From positions 1 through 22,260 of the forward strand of contig JBDLIE010000042.1 in NCBI GenBank assembly GCA_039715015.1: a stretch of 22,260 bases of DNA, read 5' to 3'. The notes under the pieces were generated by a model, which searched no databases, was not told the DNA's origin, and saw only the letters and a program-made list of their open reading frames with translations. This DNA is from Thermodesulfobacteriota bacterium (GTDB lineage: Bacteria > Desulfobacterota > Desulfobulbia > Desulfobulbales > SURF-16). The position numbers and the translations under genes were made by a program. Positions 1 through 9,584 of this stretch are shown here, one piece after another; the stretch's first letter is position 1; each line of letters begins with the position of its first letter.

Positions 1-203
1 TACAAGAGCCAATGCACCCACGTCATTTTTGGTGCGGCAGGATCAGGGGCGTCCGGATCATCAACAATAAGCACCAGGCTCTTTGTTGACTCCGGCAAGC
101 CGGACCAGGTGAGAGGCGGTGAGATATCCTCACCATCACTGGTATAGATTGAAGGGATCATTTCCTGGGAAGCAAATGCTGAAGAGGAGATTGTCAGCGC
201 CAT
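1..203 (-). CDS. YbhB/YbcL family Raf kinase inhibitor-like (PEBP) protein, 5' part only (runs off window)
   Basis: Not in the ORF track. Manual translation from ATG at 203 gives MALTISSSAFASQEMIPSIYTSDGEDISPPLTWSGLPESTKSLVLIVDDPDAPDPAAPKMTWVHWLL, with the family's SPPLxW, DPDAP and WVHW motifs. AAAGGA SD-like sequence upstream. Confidence 0.92.
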   Translation of the reverse strand, partial: MALTISSSAFASQEMIPSIYTSDGEDISPPLTWSGLPESTKSLVLIVDDPDAPDPAAPKMTWVHWLL

Positions 204-288
204 GGCATCTTTCCTTTTGGGTTTTAGCGAACTGTTTTTAACCGTGAAAGTCACGAACTACACGAAAAGTAAGATAGGCAATATCCCT

Positions 289-1956
289 CTAACCTACGGC
301 CCACTGTTGTTCCAGGTGCTTTTTTCTTTTTTCAGCATACATGGCGCTGTCGGCCTGGGAAAGGGTTAAATCCAAGGTCTCTGGCCCCTCAGGTATGATG
401 TACGAGACACCCACGCTGCAGGAAATGGCATAGGGTTTTTCTTTTTTGCTATTAAAGTTGCGGATGCCTTCGGCCAGCCGCCATCTCAAAACTGAATGAC
501 TCCCAGTCTCCGGTGCAAAGCTGCCAAAAACTGCGAACTCGTCACCTCCGATTCGGGCGATGATGTCGGCTGCCCGGAAGGTTTCTTTCAGGATCTCGGC
601 GGTGTCTTGGATCGCCTGGTCCCCTGCATTATGACCGTGTCTGTCATTGATCTGTTTGAGACCATCCAAATCAATATAAAACACCGCCATTGTTTCATGC
701 TGGCGTTCGGCAAGATCGAGCTCCTGCTGAGCAAGAGTTCGAAAGCCGCGTCGATTGAAGAGGCCGGTTAACTCATCGGTGATGGAGATATTGCAGAGCT
801 TTTCTTCCAGCTGTTTACGCTCAATGATACCGGCGATGAGATTGGCTGCGGCAAGTAAGATCTTCTCCGTCCTGTCGCTTTGATCTCCCCCGCCCTTGGG
901 ATAGAGGGTGAAAACGCCAAGAAGGCCGCCCTGTGAAGAGTGGATGGGAATACAATAATGGCCATGGGGCGCCAGAGCAGCCGGCTGGATATGGTGCTCC
1001 TCGGCAGAGGATTGCCCAAAAAAACAGTCGCCTTCATCTGCAGACCCCCCGCACACGCAGGTTCCGAAAAGCTCCCTGCTGCTGGTGGAGAGCAGTTCCG
1101 GATCTAGGCCCCACAGGGCTGCAAGTTTCAGGGGCTTGGAGCTCTCCTCCACCAGAAAGACAGCTCCCTTTGGCTCAAGGGCAATGCCGGGGAAGGTGGT
1201 CAGGTGGCAGATAAAAATCTCCAGAATTTCCTCCAGCGAGGCCTTGACCAGGGAGAGCTGGAAGAGCTTGTTGAAGATCACCTCGGTCTGGAAATTTTTA
1301 TCCTTTTCGTCGTCCAGGAGTTTTTTTTCCGCTATTGCCTTGTTGGCCTTGCAGAAGCTGAAACAGACCAGCAGGATCATGACGCCGGCGATCACGGTGA
1401 GCACCGAATAGACCTTGGCCATCAATGTATCGAAACGAGCCTTAACAGGGGTGATGTCAGAATAAATCCCAAAGGCGCCGGCAAAACTACCATCCTCCAT
1501 GATGGGCACGTAGGTGTGCACCACTGAAACAGAGACCACCTTGCCCCCCAAGGTTCTGCTGCCCTCCTCCACTAACTTCGAGTAACTGTTTCCCTGGCCA
1601 ACTATTTCTGTGAAATAGCTGGTGCTGTTCATATTGCCGATTTCAGCAGGATCAGAGGAGTAGAGAGTCTGGCCGGTGTTGGAAAAAAACTTGAATTCCT
1701 TGAGCTGGAAATCATGTTTAATTCTTGTTTCGTTACTGGCAAGGCGTTGATAAATTGCCCCATCGGCCAGATTTTTGCTGTCCTGGATAAAGCTGGAGAT
1801 GAGATGACTGCAAACCCTTTCCGCCTCTTTTTCTCTGTTGTCGACCAGCAGTTGACAAAAATGGGGCGACAGAAAGAAATAGACATAGGACGGCAGAATC
1901 AATGCCGCCGTGAGTGACAAACCAACAAAAAACTTGAGGCAGTTAGAGCTAAGCAT
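289..1956 (-). CDS. Membrane-anchored sensor diguanylate cyclase (TM - periplasmic domain - TM - GAF - GGDEF)
   Basis: 555 aa ORF with two hydrophobic segments and a GAF-like region. DELTGLFNRR, INDRHGHNAGD, RAAD I-site and an intact GGDEF (535-549) are present. GAGGGGAG SD upstream of ATG 1956. Confidence 0.93.
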   Translation of the reverse strand: MLSSNCLKFFVGLSLTAALILPSYVYFFLSPHFCQLLVDNREKEAERVCSHLISSFIQDSKNLADGAIYQRLASNETRIKHDFQLKEFKFFSNTGQTLYSSDPAEIGNMNSTSYFTEIVGQGNSYSKLVEEGSRTLGGKVVSVSVVHTYVPIMEDGSFAGAFGIYSDITPVKARFDTLMAKVYSVLTVIAGVMILLVCFSFCKANKAIAEKKLLDDEKDKNFQTEVIFNKLFQLSLVKASLEEILEIFICHLTTFPGIALEPKGAVFLVEESSKPLKLAALWGLDPELLSTSSRELFGTCVCGGSADEGDCFFGQSSAEEHHIQPAALAPHGHYCIPIHSSQGGLLGVFTLYPKGGGDQSDRTEKILLAAANLIAGIIERKQLEEKLCNISITDELTGLFNRRGFRTLAQQELDLAERQHETMAVFYIDLDGLKQINDRHGHNAGDQAIQDTAEILKETFRAADIIARIGGDEFAVFGSFAPETGSHSVLRWRLAEGIRNFNSKKEKPYAISCSVGVSYIIPEGPETLDLTLSQADSAMYAEKRKKHLEQQWAVG

Positions 1957-2176
1957 GGTCTGATACTCCCCTCTAAGTGAATGTGGCCAATGCAGGTACC
2001 GTCCTGCCCGGAAGACAGGTCATGACTTTTGGCCTGCCGCCCATCTTTCAGCGATGATACGGTTGATTTGCCCTTGACCGTCAGCAGAGCCGAACGTCTC
2101 TTCCCTTTGCTACAGGGTCGAAGAGTAAATCTGCCTTAAGCCTGAGGGCCTGAAGAGCTGGGCGCGGCCCCAAACT

Positions 2177-3073
2177 CTAACGGAAAATCTGCACCCTGTT
2201 GTTGTTTCTGTCGGCCACAAAGGCAAGGCCGTTGCCGTTGAGGCAGATGCCCACCGGGTAGTTGAGAAGGCCCTCAGCCCGGCCCTTGCCGGCCTTTTGG
2301 CCGCGGAAGGAGCCATCTACACCGACAAGAATGATTTTGCCGCCATTCTGGTCGGTGACATAGAGATTGCCGCCATTGTCCGTGGTGATGTAGGTTGGGA
2401 AATTCATCCGGTCCTTCAGGCTTTTGGAAAGAGGGCTGAAGTTCTGGGCATCCGGGCCTGCTGAATGGATGCGGGCATGGATACTGTCAACGGTATAGAT
2501 CGTGCCGCTGCTGGCAACCACGAAATCGGCAAAGGAGCCAAACTCCTTGGGCAGATCAATCTGGCGGAGAAACTCCCCTGCGGCGCTGAACACCAGGAGA
2601 CGGTTGCCATGGATATCGAGGATATATACCTTATCGTCCCGATCTATCCTGAAGCTTCGCGGCACAATTTCTTCTTGATCAGGGACGCTTTTTAGCTCAA
2701 AATTCCCCAGAAATTGGCCGTCAGGGCCGACCCGGACAATACGCCGGTTTTTGCTGCTTAAGGCCCAGATCTCACCCTTAGAGGTAATTTGGACACGAAT
2801 GGGGCTCCTTAACTGCGAAAAATGGACCTGCGAGATGAATTTTACCTCGTTGTCCTGCAGGCCATACTGGACAAGACGGTTGTTGCCTGTGTCGGCAATG
2901 ACGATACTGTCAGCCCTACAGGCCACATCCTCCGGGTGGAGGAGCCCTTTGCCGTCGCTATCGCTATAAATGGATACCAGCGGCTGGAATATGAGTGCCT
3001 GCTCGCTGACTGCCTTTTCGGCCGAGCAGAGGACTATTGCCAGAATAAGAATATGTGTCAAAACTGTCCGCAT
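2177..3073 (-). CDS. Secreted NHL-repeat (6-bladed beta-propeller) protein, last gene of the osc-like cluster
   Basis: NHL motifs (IADTGNNRL, YPVGI...FVADRNNNRVQIF) and a signal peptide. Start moved from 3133 to ATG 3073 because GGAGGT lies 6 nt upstream and it follows the cytochrome stop at 3078. Confidence 0.85.
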   Translation of the reverse strand: MRTVLTHILILAIVLCSAEKAVSEQALIFQPLVSIYSDSDGKGLLHPEDVACRADSIVIADTGNNRLVQYGLQDNEVKFISQVHFSQLRSPIRVQITSKGEIWALSSKNRRIVRVGPDGQFLGNFELKSVPDQEEIVPRSFRIDRDDKVYILDIHGNRLLVFSAAGEFLRQIDLPKEFGSFADFVVASSGTIYTVDSIHARIHSAGPDAQNFSPLSKSLKDRMNFPTYITTDNGGNLYVTDQNGGKIILVGVDGSFRGQKAGKGRAEGLLNYPVGICLNGNGLAFVADRNNNRVQIFR

Positions 3074-3077
3074 GCGC

Positions 3078-4355
3078 TTACCTCCTGAATGCACTGTGGC
3101 AGGTAGTGCACATCTCTGTCTGCGACGGAGCATGCATCATTTTTCCATAGGGCGTTCCATGGGAACGGTGGCAACTCAGACAGTCCACCGCGAGGTTGCC
3201 GTTGCGCGGATCCTTGTGGTCGTCACCGATGGGATGGGTGGAATGCTTCTGCCAATCATGGCAGCTGGCGCATACCTCAATAACCGAGGGGTCATTAAGG
3301 AGCAGCACCTGATTTGCCGCATGGGGTGAATGGCAGGAGGTGCACATTCCCTCGCTTACCGGAGAATGTTTGGTCTCAACCGTCTGCAACCATTGCACTG
3401 TGTCGGCATGGCACTGGCTGCAGACCTCGGTCATCGGCTTTTTCAGCAGGCCGTCCTGGGCCGAGGCATGGGGCGTATGACAGTTCAGGCAGCCGACCCC
3501 GTCCAGCATCGGCCAATGCACCCGGCTCCGGGCCAGATTTTCATTGATCATATTGCTATGGCAGCCCAAACAGAGTTTATAGCCCTCAGCCTTGGTCTTG
3601 AACGGTTCGCTGGCCGAGGAGTCGTCATGGCATCGTTTACACATCTTCTTGCCAAAGGGCACATGGACCTGGTCGTAGAGGAGGCCCTTTTTGCTTGAGC
3701 CGTGGGGGTCATGGCAGGAGGTGCAGCGCGCTCCTTCCACCTGAAAGCCGCCATGCTGTTTTTTAAAGACCAGCTTGCCGCTGTCGTGACACTTCAGGCA
3801 GAGGCCGGGAACATTCTTTTTAAGCAGGGTAGGGCCGCCAGTCGAGGCGTGGGGATCATGACAGCTGACACAGCCCTTTCCCACGGGCATGTGTTTGTAT
3901 TTTGCCGCAGCCACCTTGCTGCCCAGCTCCTTGTGGCACTCAAAACATAAGGTCTTGCCGCTCTTGTGCAGGTTGAACTTGTACTTGGCCGCATGTGGAT
4001 CATGGCACCTCACGCAGGTGCCTTCTCTGGCAACTTTATGGGTGCTCACGGCTTTCTCCGGCAAGACCTTGGTATGGCAGCTGACACAGATCTGCGCCGC
4101 ATCGGCGTCGAGAAATTTACCGTGTCTGGAGGCATGCGGATTATGGCAGCCCGTGCAATCCCAGTTTTTTAACGGCGTGTGGATGAAGGGCTTCTTGAGC
4201 ATCTCTTCAAACCTGTCATGACAGTTCAGGCAGTTTTTCCCTTTGGCCCCTTTTTTCAGATTGAACTTGTTGCCGGCAGCATGGGCGGCAGACAACAGGC
4301 CAAAACAGATGAGAAAGGCCAGGAAGGGGATGATGAAATCAGATCGTAGGCGCAT
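3078..4355 (-). CDS. Periplasmic 16-heme c-type cytochrome (paired-CxxCH repeat family)
   Basis: 16 CxxCH motifs counted by hand, CxxCHxPH repeats, Sec signal ending AHA, SD AAAGGA. Confidence 0.95.
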   Translation of the reverse strand: MRLRSDFIIPFLAFLICFGLLSAAHAAGNKFNLKKGAKGKNCLNCHDRFEEMLKKPFIHTPLKNWDCTGCHNPHASRHGKFLDADAAQICVSCHTKVLPEKAVSTHKVAREGTCVRCHDPHAAKYKFNLHKSGKTLCFECHKELGSKVAAAKYKHMPVGKGCVSCHDPHASTGGPTLLKKNVPGLCLKCHDSGKLVFKKQHGGFQVEGARCTSCHDPHGSSKKGLLYDQVHVPFGKKMCKRCHDDSSASEPFKTKAEGYKLCLGCHSNMINENLARSRVHWPMLDGVGCLNCHTPHASAQDGLLKKPMTEVCSQCHADTVQWLQTVETKHSPVSEGMCTSCHSPHAANQVLLLNDPSVIEVCASCHDWQKHSTHPIGDDHKDPRNGNLAVDCLSCHRSHGTPYGKMMHAPSQTEMCTTCHSAFRR

Positions 4356-4367
4356 GATTCGTCCTTT

Positions 4368-6350
4368 TTAGTTTTTCTGTACGATATGACACCCCTCGCA
4401 ATCTCTCTCTGCGAAAGGAGGGTGAACATTTTCTTTAAAAAATTTCGGGTCCTTGGAGGCATGCGGATTATGACAGGCTGCGCAGTTGATCACCGCCGCC
4501 TCAATATTGGCGTGCGCCCCGGCAAAGCCTTTGTCCATTAAATCATGGCACTCGCCGCACAGGCCTGGTACCGGCATACTGAGCAGGGTCTTGGCCGCTG
4601 ACGAGTGGGGGAGATGGCAGCTGGCACAGTCGCTCTTGGCCGGGGAATGAACCTGCTCAACATCCATCTTGTCCTTCAACTCCTTGTGGCAGGCCAGACA
4701 GAGGTCCGGGCTCTCCGCTTTCAGGAGCTTGTCAAGCTTGGCCTGGTGGGGGTTATGGCAGGAGGAGCACTGATCTGAAAGCACCGGTGCATGCCTGCTC
4801 TTGTCTTGTTCCACGCTCTCCATGAGGTCCCCATGGCACATGGCGCAGAGGCTGCCCTGTTTGGCGCCGGTCATTCCTGTGAAGTTGCTGCCATGGGGAT
4901 TGTGGCAGGTCAGGCATTCCCCATCACTGAAGGGCACATGGGCGTTGTCTTCGCCCATCTTTTTAATAAGAGCGCCATGGCAGCCAACGCAGAGTCTTGC
5001 CCCGCTTTTCTTGAGGAGCTTCTCTTTTTGAGCGCCGTGCGGATTATGGCAGGCCTGACATTGGCCGTTGCTCACCGGGCTGTGGGTGTGGCTTTTGCTG
5101 AATTCCTGGCGTTTTTCCATATGGCAGGTGTAGCAGACCACATCCATCCTCTCGTTGAACATCTTGGCAAAGTTGGAGCCGTGGGGGTTATGACAGGTTG
5201 AACACGTTTCTTCCAGAAAGGGATAATGCTCAACCTTGGCCTTTTCCGCCTCCTTTGTTTTCCCATGGCACTGAAAACAGAGGTCGCGGTCCTGGGCCAG
5301 GAGAAGTTTCTTCTCCTTTGCTGCATGGGGTCTATGGCAGGCCAGGCAGCCCCTTTCATCGTTCATGGGAGCGTGGGCCACACTGACATGCCCCTGTTTG
5401 TCGATATGACATTGGAAGCAGACCTTATTGCCGGCCTGGCTGAGGAGGACCTTGTTTTCTGAGGCATGGGGGGTATGGCAGGAGAGGCAGGCACCTGCCT
5501 TGAAAGGCTCATGCTCCACCGTGCCCCCCTCCTTCATGGTGTCGGCATCATGGCATTGGCCGCACAACTCATCCTCGGCCATGGCCACCTTGAAAGGCTG
5601 CTCTGAGTCGGCATCCCCATGGCAGGAGTCGCACTCTCCTTCACTAACCGGAGAGTGGACGCTGGCCTTCAGGAGCTTGTCCTGGCTCGAGGAGTGGGGA
5701 TTATGACAGCGAACACAGCTTTGCCTTTGCACCGGATAATTGCCATGCGCCTCTTTGAAGGCTGAATCTTCCGCCCCATGACAGGAAAGGCAAAGCGCCA
5801 TTTCCTGCTCAAGGAGAAGATTTTTCTCATTGGAGCCGTGGGCCGAATGGCAAACCTGGCAGCCTTCACTTTTTAAGGGCTCATGGACAAAATCTTTTTC
5901 AAATCTCTCCTGGCTATGGCACTGGAAGCAGAGCTCGCTTGCCTCCTTGGCCAGGAGAAATTTGGCCTGGCTGGCATGCGGGTTGTGACAGGTCGCACAG
6001 CTTCCTTTCTTTAAGATCGTGTGCACATAGTCCTTGTCCATGCCGATCTTCTTTTTGCTGTGGCATTCATAGCAGACCTGATTTCCCTGCTTTTTCAGGA
6101 TAAGCTTTGGCACCACCCCATGCTTGAGATGGCAATCCTGGCATTTTTCCTTTTTGACCACCGGGTGGACATTTTTCATGGCAAGATATTTGTCGGCAAA
6201 CTTCGTGTGACAATCCAGGCAATCCTTTTTGGCAAAGCCCATCCGGCCGATTGCTGCGGCCGGTTGCACGTCAAAGATGAGTCCGCCGCAGCAGAGAACC
6301 GTAAACAGTGAGACAACCATTCTTATTGCGTTTGTGTGTACCATTCGCAT
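4368..6350 (-). CDS. Periplasmic 26-heme c-type cytochrome (paired-CxxCH repeat family)
   Basis: 26 CxxCH motifs counted by hand in HxP..CxxCHxPHxS..LL..CxxCH modules, with an N-terminal hydrophobic signal. Start uncertain: ATG 6350 preferred over the ORF-track start 6401. Confidence 0.93.
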   Translation of the reverse strand: MRMVHTNAIRMVVSLFTVLCCGGLIFDVQPAAAIGRMGFAKKDCLDCHTKFADKYLAMKNVHPVVKKEKCQDCHLKHGVVPKLILKKQGNQVCYECHSKKKIGMDKDYVHTILKKGSCATCHNPHASQAKFLLAKEASELCFQCHSQERFEKDFVHEPLKSEGCQVCHSAHGSNEKNLLLEQEMALCLSCHGAEDSAFKEAHGNYPVQRQSCVRCHNPHSSSQDKLLKASVHSPVSEGECDSCHGDADSEQPFKVAMAEDELCGQCHDADTMKEGGTVEHEPFKAGACLSCHTPHASENKVLLSQAGNKVCFQCHIDKQGHVSVAHAPMNDERGCLACHRPHAAKEKKLLLAQDRDLCFQCHGKTKEAEKAKVEHYPFLEETCSTCHNPHGSNFAKMFNERMDVVCYTCHMEKRQEFSKSHTHSPVSNGQCQACHNPHGAQKEKLLKKSGARLCVGCHGALIKKMGEDNAHVPFSDGECLTCHNPHGSNFTGMTGAKQGSLCAMCHGDLMESVEQDKSRHAPVLSDQCSSCHNPHQAKLDKLLKAESPDLCLACHKELKDKMDVEQVHSPAKSDCASCHLPHSSAAKTLLSMPVPGLCGECHDLMDKGFAGAHANIEAAVINCAACHNPHASKDPKFFKENVHPPFAERDCEGCHIVQKN

Positions 6351-6387
6351 CGTTAACCCCAAGGTCCAGTTGTGGATGGTGAATCGG

Positions 6388-8067
6388 TTATTGTACGGCA
6401 CTCATGTCAATGAGCTGGTCTACATAGCTCTTTACCGGATAAAACTCTCGCAGCTTATCGGTCATTTCATCAAAGGCCTGCCGGAGTTTAATCTTGAACA
6501 CCTTTTCCTTTATCGTCTCGTGTACCTCGGCAAGCTCCTGAGGCATTGGTTCCACAACGTCCTCAACCAGGATGCTGTAGAAATAACCATTGTCATCTGC
6601 ATAGGTTGTCGTATCGCCCTTGCGGACATCAGTGAGCTGCTTTTGTAAATTCCCAGGCAGGGTGGTCAGCATCAACAAGCTGCCGTCAAAGTGCAGCAGC
6701 CCTTCGCTCTTTGCTTCAACCTGACCTTGGGCATGGGCGGTGAGCCAGCTTAAATCTGTGCCGCTCCGCAGCTTTGCCAGGGCCTTTTCGGCATTTTCTT
6801 TTTTGCTGAATACCAGGCTCTTGAGGCGAACCATGGGCGGGCTGGAGAAATCCTGAAGATGCTCTTGATAATATTGCTCAATGTCTTTTTCCCCCATCTG
6901 TAAATTGGGGATGATGACCTTGGTCATCACGGCGCCAAAGAGCATGGAGCTGCGGAAGTCGTCGACAATAGCTTGAAAAGACTTGTCCTTGTCGATTCCC
7001 TGGGCAAAGGCCTCCTTGGCAATGACCCTGCGGGTCAGGATCTTGTCGAGCACGCCTTTTTTCTCCTTGTTGAGTTTGCCGGTGCCGAACATCTTTTCGA
7101 TGCCATGGAAGAATTTTTTCTTAATCTCTGTGGCAAGCTCGCCGACAGTGACCGGCTCTTCCCCCTCTATGGAAGCCACAACCCTTTTGTCCTCCAGTAG
7201 GGTGGCAAAGCCCGGACCTTTGGCCTCTAGATCGAGGTCCTTCAAAAAATCTTCGTCAATTTTTGTATATTTTTCCTGGAGCTTAATGATGTATTCGGCC
7301 TGGGCTCCGCTCTTTTGGGTGTTGAGGACCCTTTGCTCGACCTGTTCCTTTACAGCAGGGTCTTCAGGATAGAGGATATCATTAAGTTTAATGAGCACGA
7401 AGCCGTCCTGGATCGGGATTATGGGGCTGAGCGAGTCCTTTTTCATCCCGGCCAGGGCAGCGCCGATCTGAGGCAGCATCTCCTTCTCGCTATGCTTTTT
7501 GGTTTCCAAAGTGCCCTCGGCAATGCCGTCAGCAATGGCTTTGGCGGCCACCACGCTATAATCGCTGCCTGCCCCGATCTCGGCGACGATCTTTTGCGCT
7601 TCTTCTGCCGTGCTGATCTTCAGCGATTGCAGAGCATACTTTTTGACCTCCTGTTTGTAGAGGGGGTCAACCATGGCGGCATCAGGTGTAAGGTCCATGG
7701 TCGCTTTATCGAGGAGGAATTTGCGCATGGACTGCTTTGAAAAAGCAGCTACCTGGTCCTGGATATCGGGTAGATCGCCCAGGCCGATATTTTCTGCCTC
7801 CAGCAGGACCAAACGGATATCGACCAGGCGTTTCAAGGGCGCCTTATAATTGATTTCCCCAGCCTTTTGGGCTGAAGCCCCCTGACCATGGCCATGCATG
7901 GAAGAAAGGGCCTTGTTGAACTCATCCAGATAGATGGGGTCTCCGTTGAGTGTGGCAATGACCTCCTTGCCGTTAACCATAGGCAATCCGCCGCCTGTCT
8001 TGGCAGCGCATGCATTGCCTGTCCCAAACATCATCAGTATCCCGATCAACGCAATAATTTTTTTCAT
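6388..8067 (-). CDS. oscH: SurA/PpiC-type peptidyl-prolyl isomerase chaperone with two repeated modules (OscH-like)
   Basis: SurA-N-like (VIATLNGDPI; VVASIEGEEPVT) and parvulin-like (SPIIPIQDGFVLIKL) segments occur twice. Signal peptide MKKIIALIG from ATG 8067 with GGAG upstream. Symbol assigned from synteny with omcS as recalled for the osc cluster. Confidence 0.8.
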   Translation of the reverse strand: MKKIIALIGILMMFGTGNACAAKTGGGLPMVNGKEVIATLNGDPIYLDEFNKALSSMHGHGQGASAQKAGEINYKAPLKRLVDIRLVLLEAENIGLGDLPDIQDQVAAFSKQSMRKFLLDKATMDLTPDAAMVDPLYKQEVKKYALQSLKISTAEEAQKIVAEIGAGSDYSVVAAKAIADGIAEGTLETKKHSEKEMLPQIGAALAGMKKDSLSPIIPIQDGFVLIKLNDILYPEDPAVKEQVEQRVLNTQKSGAQAEYIIKLQEKYTKIDEDFLKDLDLEAKGPGFATLLEDKRVVASIEGEEPVTVGELATEIKKKFFHGIEKMFGTGKLNKEKKGVLDKILTRRVIAKEAFAQGIDKDKSFQAIVDDFRSSMLFGAVMTKVIIPNLQMGEKDIEQYYQEHLQDFSSPPMVRLKSLVFSKKENAEKALAKLRSGTDLSWLTAHAQGQVEAKSEGLLHFDGSLLMLTTLPGNLQKQLTDVRKGDTTTYADDNGYFYSILVEDVVEPMPQELAEVHETIKEKVFKIKLRQAFDEMTDKLREFYPVKSYVDQLIDMSAVQ

Positions 8068-8219
8068 AGGAATCTTCTCCGGAAATTTTCCCCTGTTATT
8101 GATAAAATCGTACGTAACAAGCTTGGCTTGAGCTATCGAGCGCTCCATCCATTTCAACGGCAGTTACCTGTAACCCATATCAATCTCCTCTTTTTTTGCA
8201 CCCCATACACTTCCAGCTG

Positions 8220-9584
8220 TTATTGGCTAAGAAGCCTGCTGATGGCCCTGGTCATCTGGGCTGCCATGGCGCTAGCCGTTGTAAACCGGCCCCAGTCGAA
8301 GAAAAAAACCCCATCGGAACCAGCATTGTAACTTTTTGACGTCCAGACCAGCCGGCGGTTCTGGTTGTCGAACAGCTCTGCTGAGAAATCCACCACCGGC
8401 CCTCCCCAGTGCCCCTTGGTATCCTGGTAGTCAAAGACCTTGCCTGATAAAACAAAATCCGCATCAAAACTACTGACCATGGCTTCAGCCTGGGGAATGG
8501 AAATGCCGTCATCCATAATAATCCTGAAACGGAGCAGCTCGTCATGGACAACACCTGGCTCAATCACGGTGAATCTTTCGCTTTCCTGCAACGCCTTCAG
8601 GAAATGCAAGGCCATAATCTCCCCGCCATACTTGCGGTCGCTGACGTTGTAAAAAGGGGGCACCGCAACCTTGGCTTTCCCCTCCCAGGCCCTATCCAGG
8701 GCGGCGCGGGCCATCTTTGGCTGGAACTTCCCCGCCAAGGCCGCTGCCTTTTTGTTGCTGGCCAGGCTCTGGGCCAGAGATCCGACCAGTATTTCCAGGG
8801 CCTCGCTCCGCATCGCTTCCGGCTCCTCAATGAGCCCCAGGCCGAGAAGCCCAGCTGAATCATCACCGGCCAGGCCGACGTTGTCCACCCAGAGGATTTC
8901 CGGGGACCGGGCCAGGGAAACCAAGCGGCAGTGCAGGGCGATCTTAAGGGGAGGCTGCTCATCATAAAGCTCCAGGGTGGTGATGAGCAGCGCTTCAGCC
9001 CCGGTTGCCTCCTTGAGCTTCTCGGCAAGGCTGCCATTAATGCCGCCCACCTTGCGCATGCGGTGTTTTGCCATAAAGCCCTGTAAGTCAGGATCGCTGA
9101 CCACATCAAACCCCTTACCCTGTAACAGGGAAAGAATCTCTGTGCGGATCATCGCCAGTGGTGCCGCGGCTCTGCTCAAATTCTGAAGGGGCAGCACTGC
9201 AACCAGGGGCCGGCTTATCTCAAATTCGGCTGACCAAGGGCTGTGTGCCGCCCTGTCAAGCTGATCACGAACAACCACCTTGACCCGGTAGGTCCCGGCC
9301 CGGGCAGGCCACCATTCCCCGGACGGCGATAATCCTTGCTGCTTCAAGACCTGACCGTTGCTGTCTGCGTACAGGAACTCATAGGAGAGGGGCGCCATCC
9401 CTCCTGTGGTTTCGGCGCTCCAGACAACGGGAACCTTTAGACTGCTCTGGGGCGAATTTTTATCTGCCCTCAGAGTCTGCACCGTTAATGGAGGCGTCTC
9501 CTGCAGTGCGGCACAGCCCGTCAGGAGGAGGGCCGCAAGGAGCGCTGTTCCCCTAGCCCTTGAAGAGCATTTTAATAAGTTCAC
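8220..9584 (-). CDS. oscG: Lipoprotein with N-terminal Ig-like domain and two CsgG/GNA1162-like domains (OscG-like)
   Basis: Lipobox LTGC. Two repeats begin VAVLPLQNLS and VAVPPFYNVS. GTG start overlaps the end of the upstream gene. Symbol from synteny. Confidence 0.75.
   Translation of the reverse strand: MNLLKCSSRARGTALLAALLLTGCAALQETPPLTVQTLRADKNSPQSSLKVPVVWSAETTGGMAPLSYEFLYADSNGQVLKQQGLSPSGEWWPARAGTYRVKVVVRDQLDRAAHSPWSAEFEISRPLVAVLPLQNLSRAAAPLAMIRTEILSLLQGKGFDVVSDPDLQGFMAKHRMRKVGGINGSLAEKLKEATGAEALLITTLELYDEQPPLKIALHCRLVSLARSPEILWVDNVGLAGDDSAGLLGLGLIEEPEAMRSEALEILVGSLAQSLASNKKAAALAGKFQPKMARAALDRAWEGKAKVAVPPFYNVSDRKYGGEIMALHFLKALQESERFTVIEPGVVHDELLRFRIIMDDGISIPQAEAMVSSFDADFVLSGKVFDYQDTKGHWGGPVVDFSAELFDNQNRRLVWTSKSYNAGSDGVFFFDWGRFTTASAMAAQMTRAISRLLSQ

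Noticed and set aside
1957..2176. Possible second GEMM riboswitch upstream of the cyclase (GGGCAAA...GAAAG...CAAAAG on minus strand)
   Set aside because: P1, P2 and P3 pairings and spacing do not fit, and there is no terminal RCCG in register.
3078..6350. Recurrent ATGGCA/GTGGCA-containing DNA repeats, possible CRISPR or tandem repeat
   Set aside because: They are the reverse complement of Cys-His codons in CxxCH motifs; there are no constant repeat-spacer units.
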